Shown here: positions 53,854-61,234 of the stretch, piece by piece | Numbering within the stretch: position 1 is the stretch's first letter | Layout of the letters: every line of letters begins with the position of its first letter | DNA from: an uncultured Acidobacteriota bacterium | GTDB lineage: Bacteria; Acidobacteriota; Vicinamibacteria; Fen-336 | DNA: 64,000 bases | Assembly (NCBI GenBank): GCA_963823195.1 | Contig: CAWGKR010000005.1 | Coordinates: 418,042 to 482,041 of the forward strand | Direction of reading: 5' to 3' | The notes under the pieces: generated by a model | What the model was told of the DNA's origin: nothing | The model's input: only the letters and a program-made list of their open reading frames with translations | Database searches by the model: none | Made by a program: the position numbers and the translations under genes

Positions 53854-55134
53854 ATGGACGCGGTCCAGAAGAAGGACGCCGCCAAGCCGACGTTCTCGGA
53901 CTACGACTACAGCAATTTCTACTACGGCGCGGGAGACGACCCCGTCAACCTCCTGGGGCCCTTCCGGGACTGGTACGAGGAGGCCGTCCCGAACGGCTAC
54001 TACCTCTACTCCGAGCCCCTGGAGACGGCGCCCACCACGAGGGCGCGGGTCAAGAACCGGAAGACGGGCGTCGTCCAGGACCTGCTGAACCTGGCCTCCT
54101 ACAACTATCTGGGGATCTCGTATCGCCCGGAGGTGAAGAAGGCCGCCATCGACGCCGTCGAGAAGTACGGCCTCGGGGCCTCCGGCTCGCCGATCCTCTC
54201 GGGAACGATGGACGTCCACTTGAAGCTCGCCGACGCCATGGCCCGCTTCAAGGCCAAGGAAGCGGCGATCCTGTTCCCGACGGGATACAGCGCCAACGTG
54301 GGCTTCATCTCGAGCCTGATGCGGGCGGGGGACAACGTCATCATCGACCAGTACTCCCACGCCTCCATCGTCGACGGGGCGATCCTGGCGAAGTCCAAGA
54401 CCGTCTTCTTCCGCCACAACAACCCCATGGACCTGGAGCGGAAGCTCCTGAAGTGCACGGGGAAGAAGCTCGTCATCGTCGAGGGCGTGTACTCGATGGA
54501 CGGCGACGTCTGCCAGCTCCCGGAGATCGTCGAGGTGTGCAAGCGCCACGGCGCCCGGATCCTGATCGACGAGGCCCACTCGACGTTCCTCTTCGGCCCC
54601 AACGGGCGCGGCGTGGCCGAGCACTTCGGCCTCGACAAGGAGGTCGACTTCCACCTCGGGACCTTCTCGAAGAGCCTCGGCGGGCAGGGCGGCTTCGTGT
54701 GCGGATCGAAGGACCTGATCGACTACGTCAACGCATTCGGCCGGTCGCGGTTCTTCTCGTGCAACCTGGCGCCGCCCATCGCCGCGGGCCTGTTGGCGGG
54801 CGTCGAGATCGTCGAGAACGAGCCGCAGCTCCGCGCCAAGCTCTGGAGCAACGTGGCCTACCTCCGGCGCCGGTTCGCCGAAGAGGGAATCGACATCGGC
54901 AAGAGCACGTCCCAGGTGATGCCGGTCCTGGTGAACAACGACGCCAAGGTGTTCGCCGTCGCCGAGAAGATCCAGAACCGCGGGCTCTATCTCCAGCCGG
55001 TCACCTACCCGGCGGTGCCGAAGCACAAGTCCCGCCTCCGCATCTCGGTCTCCGCCGCCCACAGCGAGGCGGAGCTCGAGTTCGCGGTGGGCGTCATCGG
55101 CGGCGTGCTCCGGGAAGAGGGGATCATCCATTGA
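53854..55134 (+). CDS. Alpha-oxoamine synthase, serine-palmitoyltransferase-like (PLP-dependent)
   Basis: Intact ORF (ATG 53854 follows a GAGG Shine-Dalgarno; GTG 53845 is also possible). PLP-lysine GTFSKSLGG, and blocks NYLG, FRHNNPMDLERKL, EGVYSMDGD, DEAHSTFLFGPNGRGV. From memory, these resemble Sphingomonas Spt more than BioF. Confidence 0.75.
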   Translation: MDAVQKKDAAKPTFSDYDYSNFYYGAGDDPVNLLGPFRDWYEEAVPNGYYLYSEPLETAPTTRARVKNRKTGVVQDLLNLASYNYLGISYRPEVKKAAIDAVEKYGLGASGSPILSGTMDVHLKLADAMARFKAKEAAILFPTGYSANVGFISSLMRAGDNVIIDQYSHASIVDGAILAKSKTVFFRHNNPMDLERKLLKCTGKKLVIVEGVYSMDGDVCQLPEIVEVCKRHGARILIDEAHSTFLFGPNGRGVAEHFGLDKEVDFHLGTFSKSLGGQGGFVCGSKDLIDYVNAFGRSRFFSCNLAPPIAAGLLAGVEIVENEPQLRAKLWSNVAYLRRRFAEEGIDIGKSTSQVMPVLVNNDAKVFAVAEKIQNRGLYLQPVTYPAVPKHKSRLRISVSAAHSEAELEFAVGVIGGVLREEGIIH

Positions 55135-55800
55135 AGACCCGGTACGGGTACTCCAACGCCATCAGCGGCTTCTTCGAGTTCCCGACCGAGAACGCCCGCC
55201 GGATCCTGCCCGCGCACCTGGAGCCCGTGGAGCTTCACCACGGGACCAGCATCTTCTCGATGACCGCCTTCGACTTCACCGAGAGCGAGGTCGGCGCCTA
55301 CGGCGAGGCCGTCATGTCGGTCATCGTGTCCCCCCTCGTGAAGCCGGGGGAGCGCCTGCCCGAAGTCGGCGTTCTATCCCTACCTCGTCGCCACCACGAC
55401 GAAGGCCGCCCGCGACCACGCCATCGAGCGCTGGCACCTTCCGCACTGGATGGAGGACGTGGAGATGTCCTTCAGCCGCGACGGATCGCGCATCAACGCC
55501 AAGGTGTCGGCCGACGGCGCGCCCGTGGCCGAGCTCACGATCAGCGACCACTCCTGGAACCCCGTCTCGCACCTGTACCAGTCCTTCATGAGGAACGACA
55601 ACGGGGCCTACCTGGCGAACATCGTCATGGAGGGGGACCAGAGCGAGCACGAGGAGGAGACCGGACTCCTGGTGCTCTCGGACCATCCGTTCAACCGGGA
55701 CCTGGTCATCTCGGAGGTCTACGAGATCCCGTTCCGCGAGATCTGGATGCGCAGCGGCGCCCAGACCTTCGATCCGCTGATCCAGCTCCAGACCGCCTGA
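55131..55800 (+). CDS. Acetoacetate decarboxylase (ADC)-like family protein; one frame break (~55358)
   Basis: TTG 55131 overlaps the upstream stop. The reconstructed sequence ...GERLPKSAFYPYLVATTTKAARDHAIERWHLPHW... fits the ADC-like beta-cone family pattern. Confidence 0.5.
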
Positions 55801-55828
55801 CGTCGCACCGCCTGGATCGAGAGCCGAT

Positions 55829-56743
55829 TTGAACAGCGACGAGCGCGTCTTCGTCATCTTCAACCCGCGCTCGGGTCGGGGGCGCGGGGCACAGGTCGTG
55901 GCCCCGGTCTTGGACGCCCTGTCGGCCCACAAGGGCGTCGAGCATGCCCTCACCGGCGCGCCCGGCGACGAGGAGCGCCTCGCGACGGAGGCCATCGGCC
56001 GGGGCTTCTCGACGATCGTGGCCGTCGGCGGCGACGGCACGTGGAGCAACGTGGGCAACGGCATCTTGAAGTCCGGGAAGCCGGTGAAGCTGGGGCTCAT
56101 CGCGGGCGGGACCGGCTGCGACCTGGCCAAGTCGCTGGGCATCCCGGGAAAGGACCTGCGGGCCGCGGGCCGCGTCATCCTCGATGGGCACACCCGGAAG
56201 ATCGACGTGGGACGCATCGAGGAGCGCTACTTCCTCAACATCGCGGGGTTCGGCTACGACATCGCCGTCATCGAGGATTCCTGGACCGTCGGGTACCTCG
56301 AGGGAGAGTTCCTCTACCTCTATTGCGCCGTCCGGCAGCTCGGCTCGTTCCCCGGCTTTCCGGTCGAGGTCGCGACCGACGGGGGCCCCTTCGTGCCTCA
56401 CGAGCTCCTGATGCTGATCCTCGCCAACGCGCGCGTCTTCGGCGGGGGCTTCAAGATCGCGCCCGACGCGGACCTGGGGGACGGCCGGCTCGACGTCATG
56501 GCGTTCCGCAACATGGGGTTCTGGGAACGGGTCGGGATCATGGTGAGGCTCCTGCGCGGCACCCATCGCGGCAGCGCCCACGTGGCGGCCTCCAGCGCGT
56601 CGTCCCTCACGCTGCGCTTTCCCTCGCCCCCGGCCTACGAGACCGACGGGGAGTGGAACCGAGCCAAGTCGGCCGAGCTCCGGGTCGAGACGATCCCCGG
56701 CGCCCTCGAGGTGCTCGTTCCCGCCGGCGCTCCGCCCCGATGA
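55829..56743 (+). CDS. DAGK/LCB5-family lipid kinase (YegS/BmrU-like)
   Basis: Intact 304-aa ORF with VFVIFNPRSG, AVGGDGTWSNV and GTGCDLAKSLG. Confidence 0.8.
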   Translation: MNSDERVFVIFNPRSGRGRGAQVVAPVLDALSAHKGVEHALTGAPGDEERLATEAIGRGFSTIVAVGGDGTWSNVGNGILKSGKPVKLGLIAGGTGCDLAKSLGIPGKDLRAAGRVILDGHTRKIDVGRIEERYFLNIAGFGYDIAVIEDSWTVGYLEGEFLYLYCAVRQLGSFPGFPVEVATDGGPFVPHELLMLILANARVFGGGFKIAPDADLGDGRLDVMAFRNMGFWERVGIMVRLLRGTHRGSAHVAASSASSLTLRFPSPPAYETDGEWNRAKSAELRVETIPGALEVLVPAGAPPR

Positions 56744-57525
56744 TCCTGGCCATGAGAGCCGCTCGGAGCGCGCTCTCGCTGCTCGTCGTGCTGTCGTGGA
56801 TGGTGCTCGTCGGGGCGCCGCTCCTGTACCTCCTCGTCCTTCCGGTCGGCGCCTGCCTCTCGGGACGGCCGCGGCGCGCCCTGACGTCCGCCTACATGAA
56901 GCTCATCTGCGCCGGGATCCTGGCGGGGTTCCGGCTCGGGGGAGCGCGCTTCGAGCGGCGAGGCACGATCCCGACCGACGGCCATTCGCTCATCCTGATG
57001 AACCACCAGTCCCTCCTGGACATCGTCACCGTCACCCTCATGGGCCAACCGTACGTCCCGGCGTTCGTGCCTCGCCTCCGGTACGCCCGCTGGTACATCC
57101 TGCTGGTCGGCGCGAGCATCTGGCTCCTGGATTGCCCCGTGGTCGACCCGAAGCGAGACCCCAAGGGCGCCGTCTCCGCCATGCGCCGCGCGGCCCTCGA
57201 GCATGGCCACGGCCTTCTCGTGTTTCCCGAGGGACACCGCAGCGTCGACGGCGAGGTGCGTCCGTTCAAGACGGCCGGTACGCTGGCCGCACTCGCCGCT
57301 CGGCGCCTCCCGGTGTACGTCGTGGTGAGCGACGGCTTCTCGTTCGGCCGCCGCCTCGTGGACTTCCTCTGGAGCGTTCCACAGATCCGCGGGGAGACGG
57401 AGATTCTCGGACCCTTCGCGCCCCCCGAAGGCGAGGAGGACCTTCTCCCGTTCATCCACGAGATGCGAGGGGTCATCGTGGATCGGCTTCGCGAGCTCAG
57501 GGCCAGGCGCCATGCCGGCGTCTGA
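56740..57525 (+). CDS. PlsC/LPLAT-family acyltransferase with N-terminal TM helices
   Basis: ATG 56740 overlaps the kinase stop. Acyltransferase motifs NHQSLLD (HxxxxD) and FPEGHRS. Confidence 0.8.
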   Translation: MILAMRAARSALSLLVVLSWMVLVGAPLLYLLVLPVGACLSGRPRRALTSAYMKLICAGILAGFRLGGARFERRGTIPTDGHSLILMNHQSLLDIVTVTLMGQPYVPAFVPRLRYARWYILLVGASIWLLDCPVVDPKRDPKGAVSAMRRAALEHGHGLLVFPEGHRSVDGEVRPFKTAGTLAALAARRLPVYVVVSDGFSFGRRLVDFLWSVPQIRGETEILGPFAPPEGEEDLLPFIHEMRGVIVDRLRELRARRHAGV

Positions 57526-58498
57526 TCCGCTCCGGGAGGCCATCCGGGCCCGCGCCTTTTCGCGGGCCCCGCAGGCCGAAGCCGAGGCGCTGGCGCGCAC
57601 CGTGGTGGAGGGCGGCGGAGACAGCGTGCTCGGCGTCGTCTTCTTCGGCTCCCGGAAGACCCAGGCGAGCCCCGATCCGTGGAGCGGCTACGACCTCTTC
57701 GTCCTGACCCGCGAATACCGCTCCTTCTATCGCTCCTTGAAGGCCGCCGGGGCCCTCCGGCGGAGCCGGAGCGTGGTGGCCGCGCTCAACGCGATCCTGC
57801 CCCCGAACCAGATCTCGGTGCGTGGCGCGGGGGAGTCGCGGGCCCTCGCCAAGTGCGCCGTCATCTCCCTCGCCACGCTGCGCCGGGAGACATCCCCGAA
57901 GCGGCGCGACCACTTCTGCGCCGGCCGCCTCTTCCAGCCGACGGAGGTTCTCTACGCCCGCGACGAGGTCACGGCCGACGTGATCCTGGACGCGCTCGTG
58001 AGCGCCCATGCCATGACCCTGTCCTGGATCCGGCCCTGGCTCCCGCCGACGTTCGACGTGGAAGCGTATTGCCGGACGCTCCTGCGCGTGTCCCTCGGAC
58101 GCGAGATCCGCCCCGAGCCCGAGGGGCGCTCCGAGGCACTCTGGCAGGCGCAGAAGGACTATCTCGAAGCGGTCTACGGGATCTTCCTGCGCGGCCAGGC
58201 CACGGCGGGGGAGCTGCGCGTCGCGGGCAACGGCCTCTATTCCCTGGCCCGGCCCGTGTCGGCGGGCGAGCGACGGCGCCTCGAGGCCTACTTCCGCCGG
58301 TCGAAGGTCCGGGCCACGGAGCGGTGGTTCAAGTACATGGTCACCTTCGAGGACTGGCTCGAGTACATCGTCCACAAGGCCGAGCGCCATTCGGGCGAGG
58401 AGATCGTCCTGACACCTCGCGAGCGCCGGCTGCCGATCGTCTTCCTCTGGCCGCGGGTGATACGCTACCTCCGCGACAAAGGCCGGCCCCGGCGATAG
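57512..58498 (+). CDS. Tam41/Mmp37-like nucleotidyltransferase-fold protein (putative lipid-phosphate cytidylyltransferase)
   Basis: Intact 328-aa ORF. By-eye alignment to yeast Tam41 recalled from memory: VVFFGSRKTQ vs FGYGSGVFEQ; KCAVISLATL...FCAGRLFQPTEVL vs KYGVVSMETL...YLAGRLQKPVKIL; FDVEAYCRTLLRVSLGREIR vs FDEFQFYKEITALSYAGDIR. The family assignment needs an HMM check. Confidence 0.45.
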   Translation: MPASDPLREAIRARAFSRAPQAEAEALARTVVEGGGDSVLGVVFFGSRKTQASPDPWSGYDLFVLTREYRSFYRSLKAAGALRRSRSVVAALNAILPPNQISVRGAGESRALAKCAVISLATLRRETSPKRRDHFCAGRLFQPTEVLYARDEVTADVILDALVSAHAMTLSWIRPWLPPTFDVEAYCRTLLRVSLGREIRPEPEGRSEALWQAQKDYLEAVYGIFLRGQATAGELRVAGNGLYSLARPVSAGERRRLEAYFRRSKVRATERWFKYMVTFEDWLEYIVHKAERHSGEEIVLTPRERRLPIVFLWPRVIRYLRDKGRPRR

Positions 58499-58513
58499 GA
58501 GCGCCCACACCGC

Positions 58514-59251
58514 GTGCGTCCCTCGGTCCTCGTGCTCATCGGCGTGCTCGCCGCGGCCTTCCTCTCCATGGCCGTCTACGCCGCCGTGGGCCGCGGCCGC
58601 GACGCCGATGCGACGAAGAAGGGCACGCGCCTCTTCCTCGGAGGCCTGGACTTCCTCGTCCACTGGTTCCTCTGGGCCCTGGCGCCGGCGGAGCGCCTCT
58701 TCCTCCGCCTCGGCTTCACGCCCGACGTCTTCAACTTCACGGGGCTCGGCTTCGGCCTGGCGAGCGGCGTGGCCCTGGGCCTGGGGGAGCTGGAGCTCGG
58801 CGGATGGGCCATCGCCCTGGGAGGCATCTCCGACATCCTCGACGGCCGGATCGCCCGGGCCAGGAACCTTGCGTCTCCCTACGGGAAGTTCATCGACAGC
58901 ACCCTGGATCGCTTCGTCGAGGTCTTCGCGTTCCTCGGTCTCGTGGTCTATTTCCGCGACCGGCCGGTCGGGGCGTTCCTGGCGGCGGCGTCCATGGCCG
59001 GGTCGCTCCTCGTGAGCTACGCCCAGGCGCGGGGCGAGACCGTCGCCGTCAGCGGCTCCGGCGGCCTCATGCAGCGGGCCGAGCGTCTCGTGCTCATGTG
59101 CCTGGTTTGCCTGATCGACCCGACCCTGTCGGCCTGGCGGGGCTGGTCCGAAGGGACCGCCGTCTTCGGGGTCCTGGTGCTCATGGCGGTCGCCACGTTC
59201 GCCACGGCCATCCACCGGACCGTGTGGATCGCCCGGCGCCTCCGGTCCTGA
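58514..59251 (+). CDS. CDP-alcohol phosphatidyltransferase family protein
   Basis: GTG start; 245 aa, multi-TM. Motif DILDGRIAR-x8-G-x3-D-x3-D. Confidence 0.85.
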   Translation: MRPSVLVLIGVLAAAFLSMAVYAAVGRGRDADATKKGTRLFLGGLDFLVHWFLWALAPAERLFLRLGFTPDVFNFTGLGFGLASGVALGLGELELGGWAIALGGISDILDGRIARARNLASPYGKFIDSTLDRFVEVFAFLGLVVYFRDRPVGAFLAAASMAGSLLVSYAQARGETVAVSGSGGLMQRAERLVLMCLVCLIDPTLSAWRGWSEGTAVFGVLVLMAVATFATAIHRTVWIARRLRS

Positions 59252-59269
59252 CGATCGGCCGGACAGGGC

Positions 59270-59734
59270 CTAAGGCTTCGCGGCCTCCTCAGGCTTCGGC
59301 GCGTAGTGGAGATGAACCACCTTCCACCCACCGTTCTGCTTGAACCACACGTCGCTCTCGCGGGCCCGTTCCCTCGTGACGCTCCCGTCGGGCTGCCGGG
59401 TCGCGACGTGGACGGTGTAGCTGGCCACGGCGCTGTCGCCGGACGGTGCCACCCGGACCACGAGATCGCTCAACGCGTTCTCGAGAACCTTGCCGCCGTC
59501 CTTGAGGAGCTTCGTCCATTGCTCCTTGTAGCTGGCGAGCGTGGCCGGATCGTCGCCGAGCCACATCGAGACCGAGGCGTCGTAGAAGGGCCAATAGGCC
59601 GCCATGTCGTTGGCGAGGTAGGCGGCGTTGAAGCGCTTTTCCGCGTCCACGACCTCGGCTTCGGCCTTCTTCAGGTCGGGAGCGCCGGTCACAGGCAGGG
59701 CCAGCACCAGCAATAGCGACGCTGCACTCAACAT
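59270..59734 (-). CDS. Secreted SnoaL-like/DUF4440 (NTF2 superfamily) protein
   Basis: ORF 59270..59944 trimmed to MLSAASLLLVLALPVTG (signal peptide). The NTF2-like core has ...DVWFKQNGGWKVVHLHY. Confidence 0.6.
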   Translation of the reverse strand: MLSAASLLLVLALPVTGAPDLKKAEAEVVDAEKRFNAAYLANDMAAYWPFYDASVSMWLGDDPATLASYKEQWTKLLKDGGKVLENALSDLVVRVAPSGDSAVASYTVHVATRQPDGSVTRERARESDVWFKQNGGWKVVHLHYAPKPEEAAKP

Positions 59735-59839
59735 CGGTTGGGCCTCCGTTCGGGAACGGCGAAATCGTATCCGAAACGACGGGGTGTCGGCCACCGCATG
59801 CTCCTTGACGCAGGAAATAGGAATACGTATCATAGAGGT

Positions 59840-60106
59840 ATGAAATCCATCGTGGGTGAGCGTGGGCAGGTCACGATCCCCAAGGTCCTTCGGCGGAGCC
59901 TCGGCCTGCGCGCCGGAGAGGAGGTCCAGTTCGAGGAGCGCCACGGAGCGATCGTCCTCTCCAGGGCACCCCGGTCGGACCCGTGGGACGCCCTGGTGGG
60001 CATCGTCAAGAACCTTGACGTGGACGCATCCCTCGACACCCTGAGGGGGCCGGCCTGGCGAGCTGGGAGCGACGCGCGGGTCGCCAAGAGGCGCCGCCGA
60101 AGATGA
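59840..60106 (+). CDS. vapB: AbrB/MazE/SpoVT-family antitoxin (VapB-like)
   Basis: ATG 59840 follows an AGAGG Shine-Dalgarno. Looped-hinge-helix N-terminus GERGQVTIPKVLRRSLGL. The stop overlaps the vapC start (ATGA). Confidence 0.8.
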   Translation: MKSIVGERGQVTIPKVLRRSLGLRAGEEVQFEERHGAIVLSRAPRSDPWDALVGIVKNLDVDASLDTLRGPAWRAGSDARVAKRRRRR

Positions 60107-60516
60107 TCACGGCCGTGGACTCGTCGGTCCTCCTGGACATCCTGACGGCGGACGCTCGCTTCGGCGAGGCCTCGTTGGCGGCTGTTCGCGGGGCCCAGCG
60201 TCTGGGGGCCCTGGTGGCCTGCCCGGTGGTCTGGGCCGAGGTCCGGGCGCTGACGGCTGACGTGGCCGTCCTCCGGGAACGTCTGCCGAGCGCCGGGGTT
60301 CATTTCGACCCGTTCGACGAGGAGGCGGCGGAGCTTGCCGGCACGATCTGGCGCTCGTACCGCCGCCAGGGAGGGTCGCGTGATCGACTCGTCCCGGATT
60401 TCCTGATCGGAGCCCACGCGCAGGTCCGCGGCGGGGGCCGGCTCCTGTCCCGGGACCGAGGGTTCTACCGCAGGTACTTCCGCAGCCTGAAGCTCATCGA
60501 CCCGAGCGACCGCTAG
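60103..60516 (+). CDS. vapC: PIN-domain ribonuclease toxin VapC
   Basis: Intact 137-aa ORF with N-terminal acidic residue VDSSVLLD, and DFLIGAHA...LLSRD. Confidence 0.8.
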   Translation: MITAVDSSVLLDILTADARFGEASLAAVRGAQRLGALVACPVVWAEVRALTADVAVLRERLPSAGVHFDPFDEEAAELAGTIWRSYRRQGGSRDRLVPDFLIGAHAQVRGGGRLLSRDRGFYRRYFRSLKLIDPSDR

Positions 60517-60595
60517 CAGGGTCGTCCCTCGAGGAAGGAGAAGAAGGCGCCAAAGCACGCCAGAATCAACTTCCGATAAGATCTGTTATGTAAAC

Positions 60596-61183
60596 TCAGA
60601 CCCCGGCCAGACGCTCCAATTCGGTCACCACCCGCCCCAGCTCCTCGACGAGCCAGCTCGAACCTGCGGACTGGAAGGCCGACACCAGGGCCCGGTAGTA
60701 CCACAAGGTCCCTTCCTTGCCTCCGCTGAACCGGTCCCAGAGCGGCTCACCGAGGGTCCGGTAGTCCACGAGGATGGCTCGCGCGTTGTAGAGCTTGTCC
60801 GCGGCAGATACGCGCCGCGCGTCTGCCTCCGCGCCGGCTATGTGGGCCACGTACCGTTCCTTGCGCCCGCGCCACGGAGGCTTCGGGGTCGTGTCGGCAT
60901 CCGTGCAGGCTTCGACGATGCCGGCGACCCGGTCTCCGAACCGCCGCCTTATCGTCTCGAGGGTCGGCAGGCCGCCCTGGTCCTCCACGGCATCGTGCAG
61001 GAGGGCTGCGATGGCCTCGTCCTCGTCGCCGCCGGCTTCCAGGACCAGCGCCGCCACGCCAAGGAGGTGCGACACGTACGGGACCTTGGTTCCCTTTCGG
61101 ATCTGACGGGCGTGAAGCCTCGAGGCGAAGACCAACGCGTCGTCGAATCGCTGGGTCAGAAGGCCGCCCACGATCGGGATCAT
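60596..61183 (-). CDS. HD-domain protein resembling the RelA/SpoT (p)ppGpp hydrolase domain (small alarmone hydrolase-like)
   Basis: Intact 195-aa ORF with FASRLHARQIRKGTKVPYVSHLLGVA and AALLHDAVED (HD motif). Confidence 0.7.
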   Translation of the reverse strand: MIPIVGGLLTQRFDDALVFASRLHARQIRKGTKVPYVSHLLGVAALVLEAGGDEDEAIAALLHDAVEDQGGLPTLETIRRRFGDRVAGIVEACTDADTTPKPPWRGRKERYVAHIAGAEADARRVSAADKLYNARAILVDYRTLGEPLWDRFSGGKEGTLWYYRALVSAFQSAGSSWLVEELGRVVTELERLAGV

Positions 61184-61234
61184 ACACCCCGCCTCTCCCC
61201 CACCCGCGAGGCGCCGGGGGAGAGGCGGGGCATA

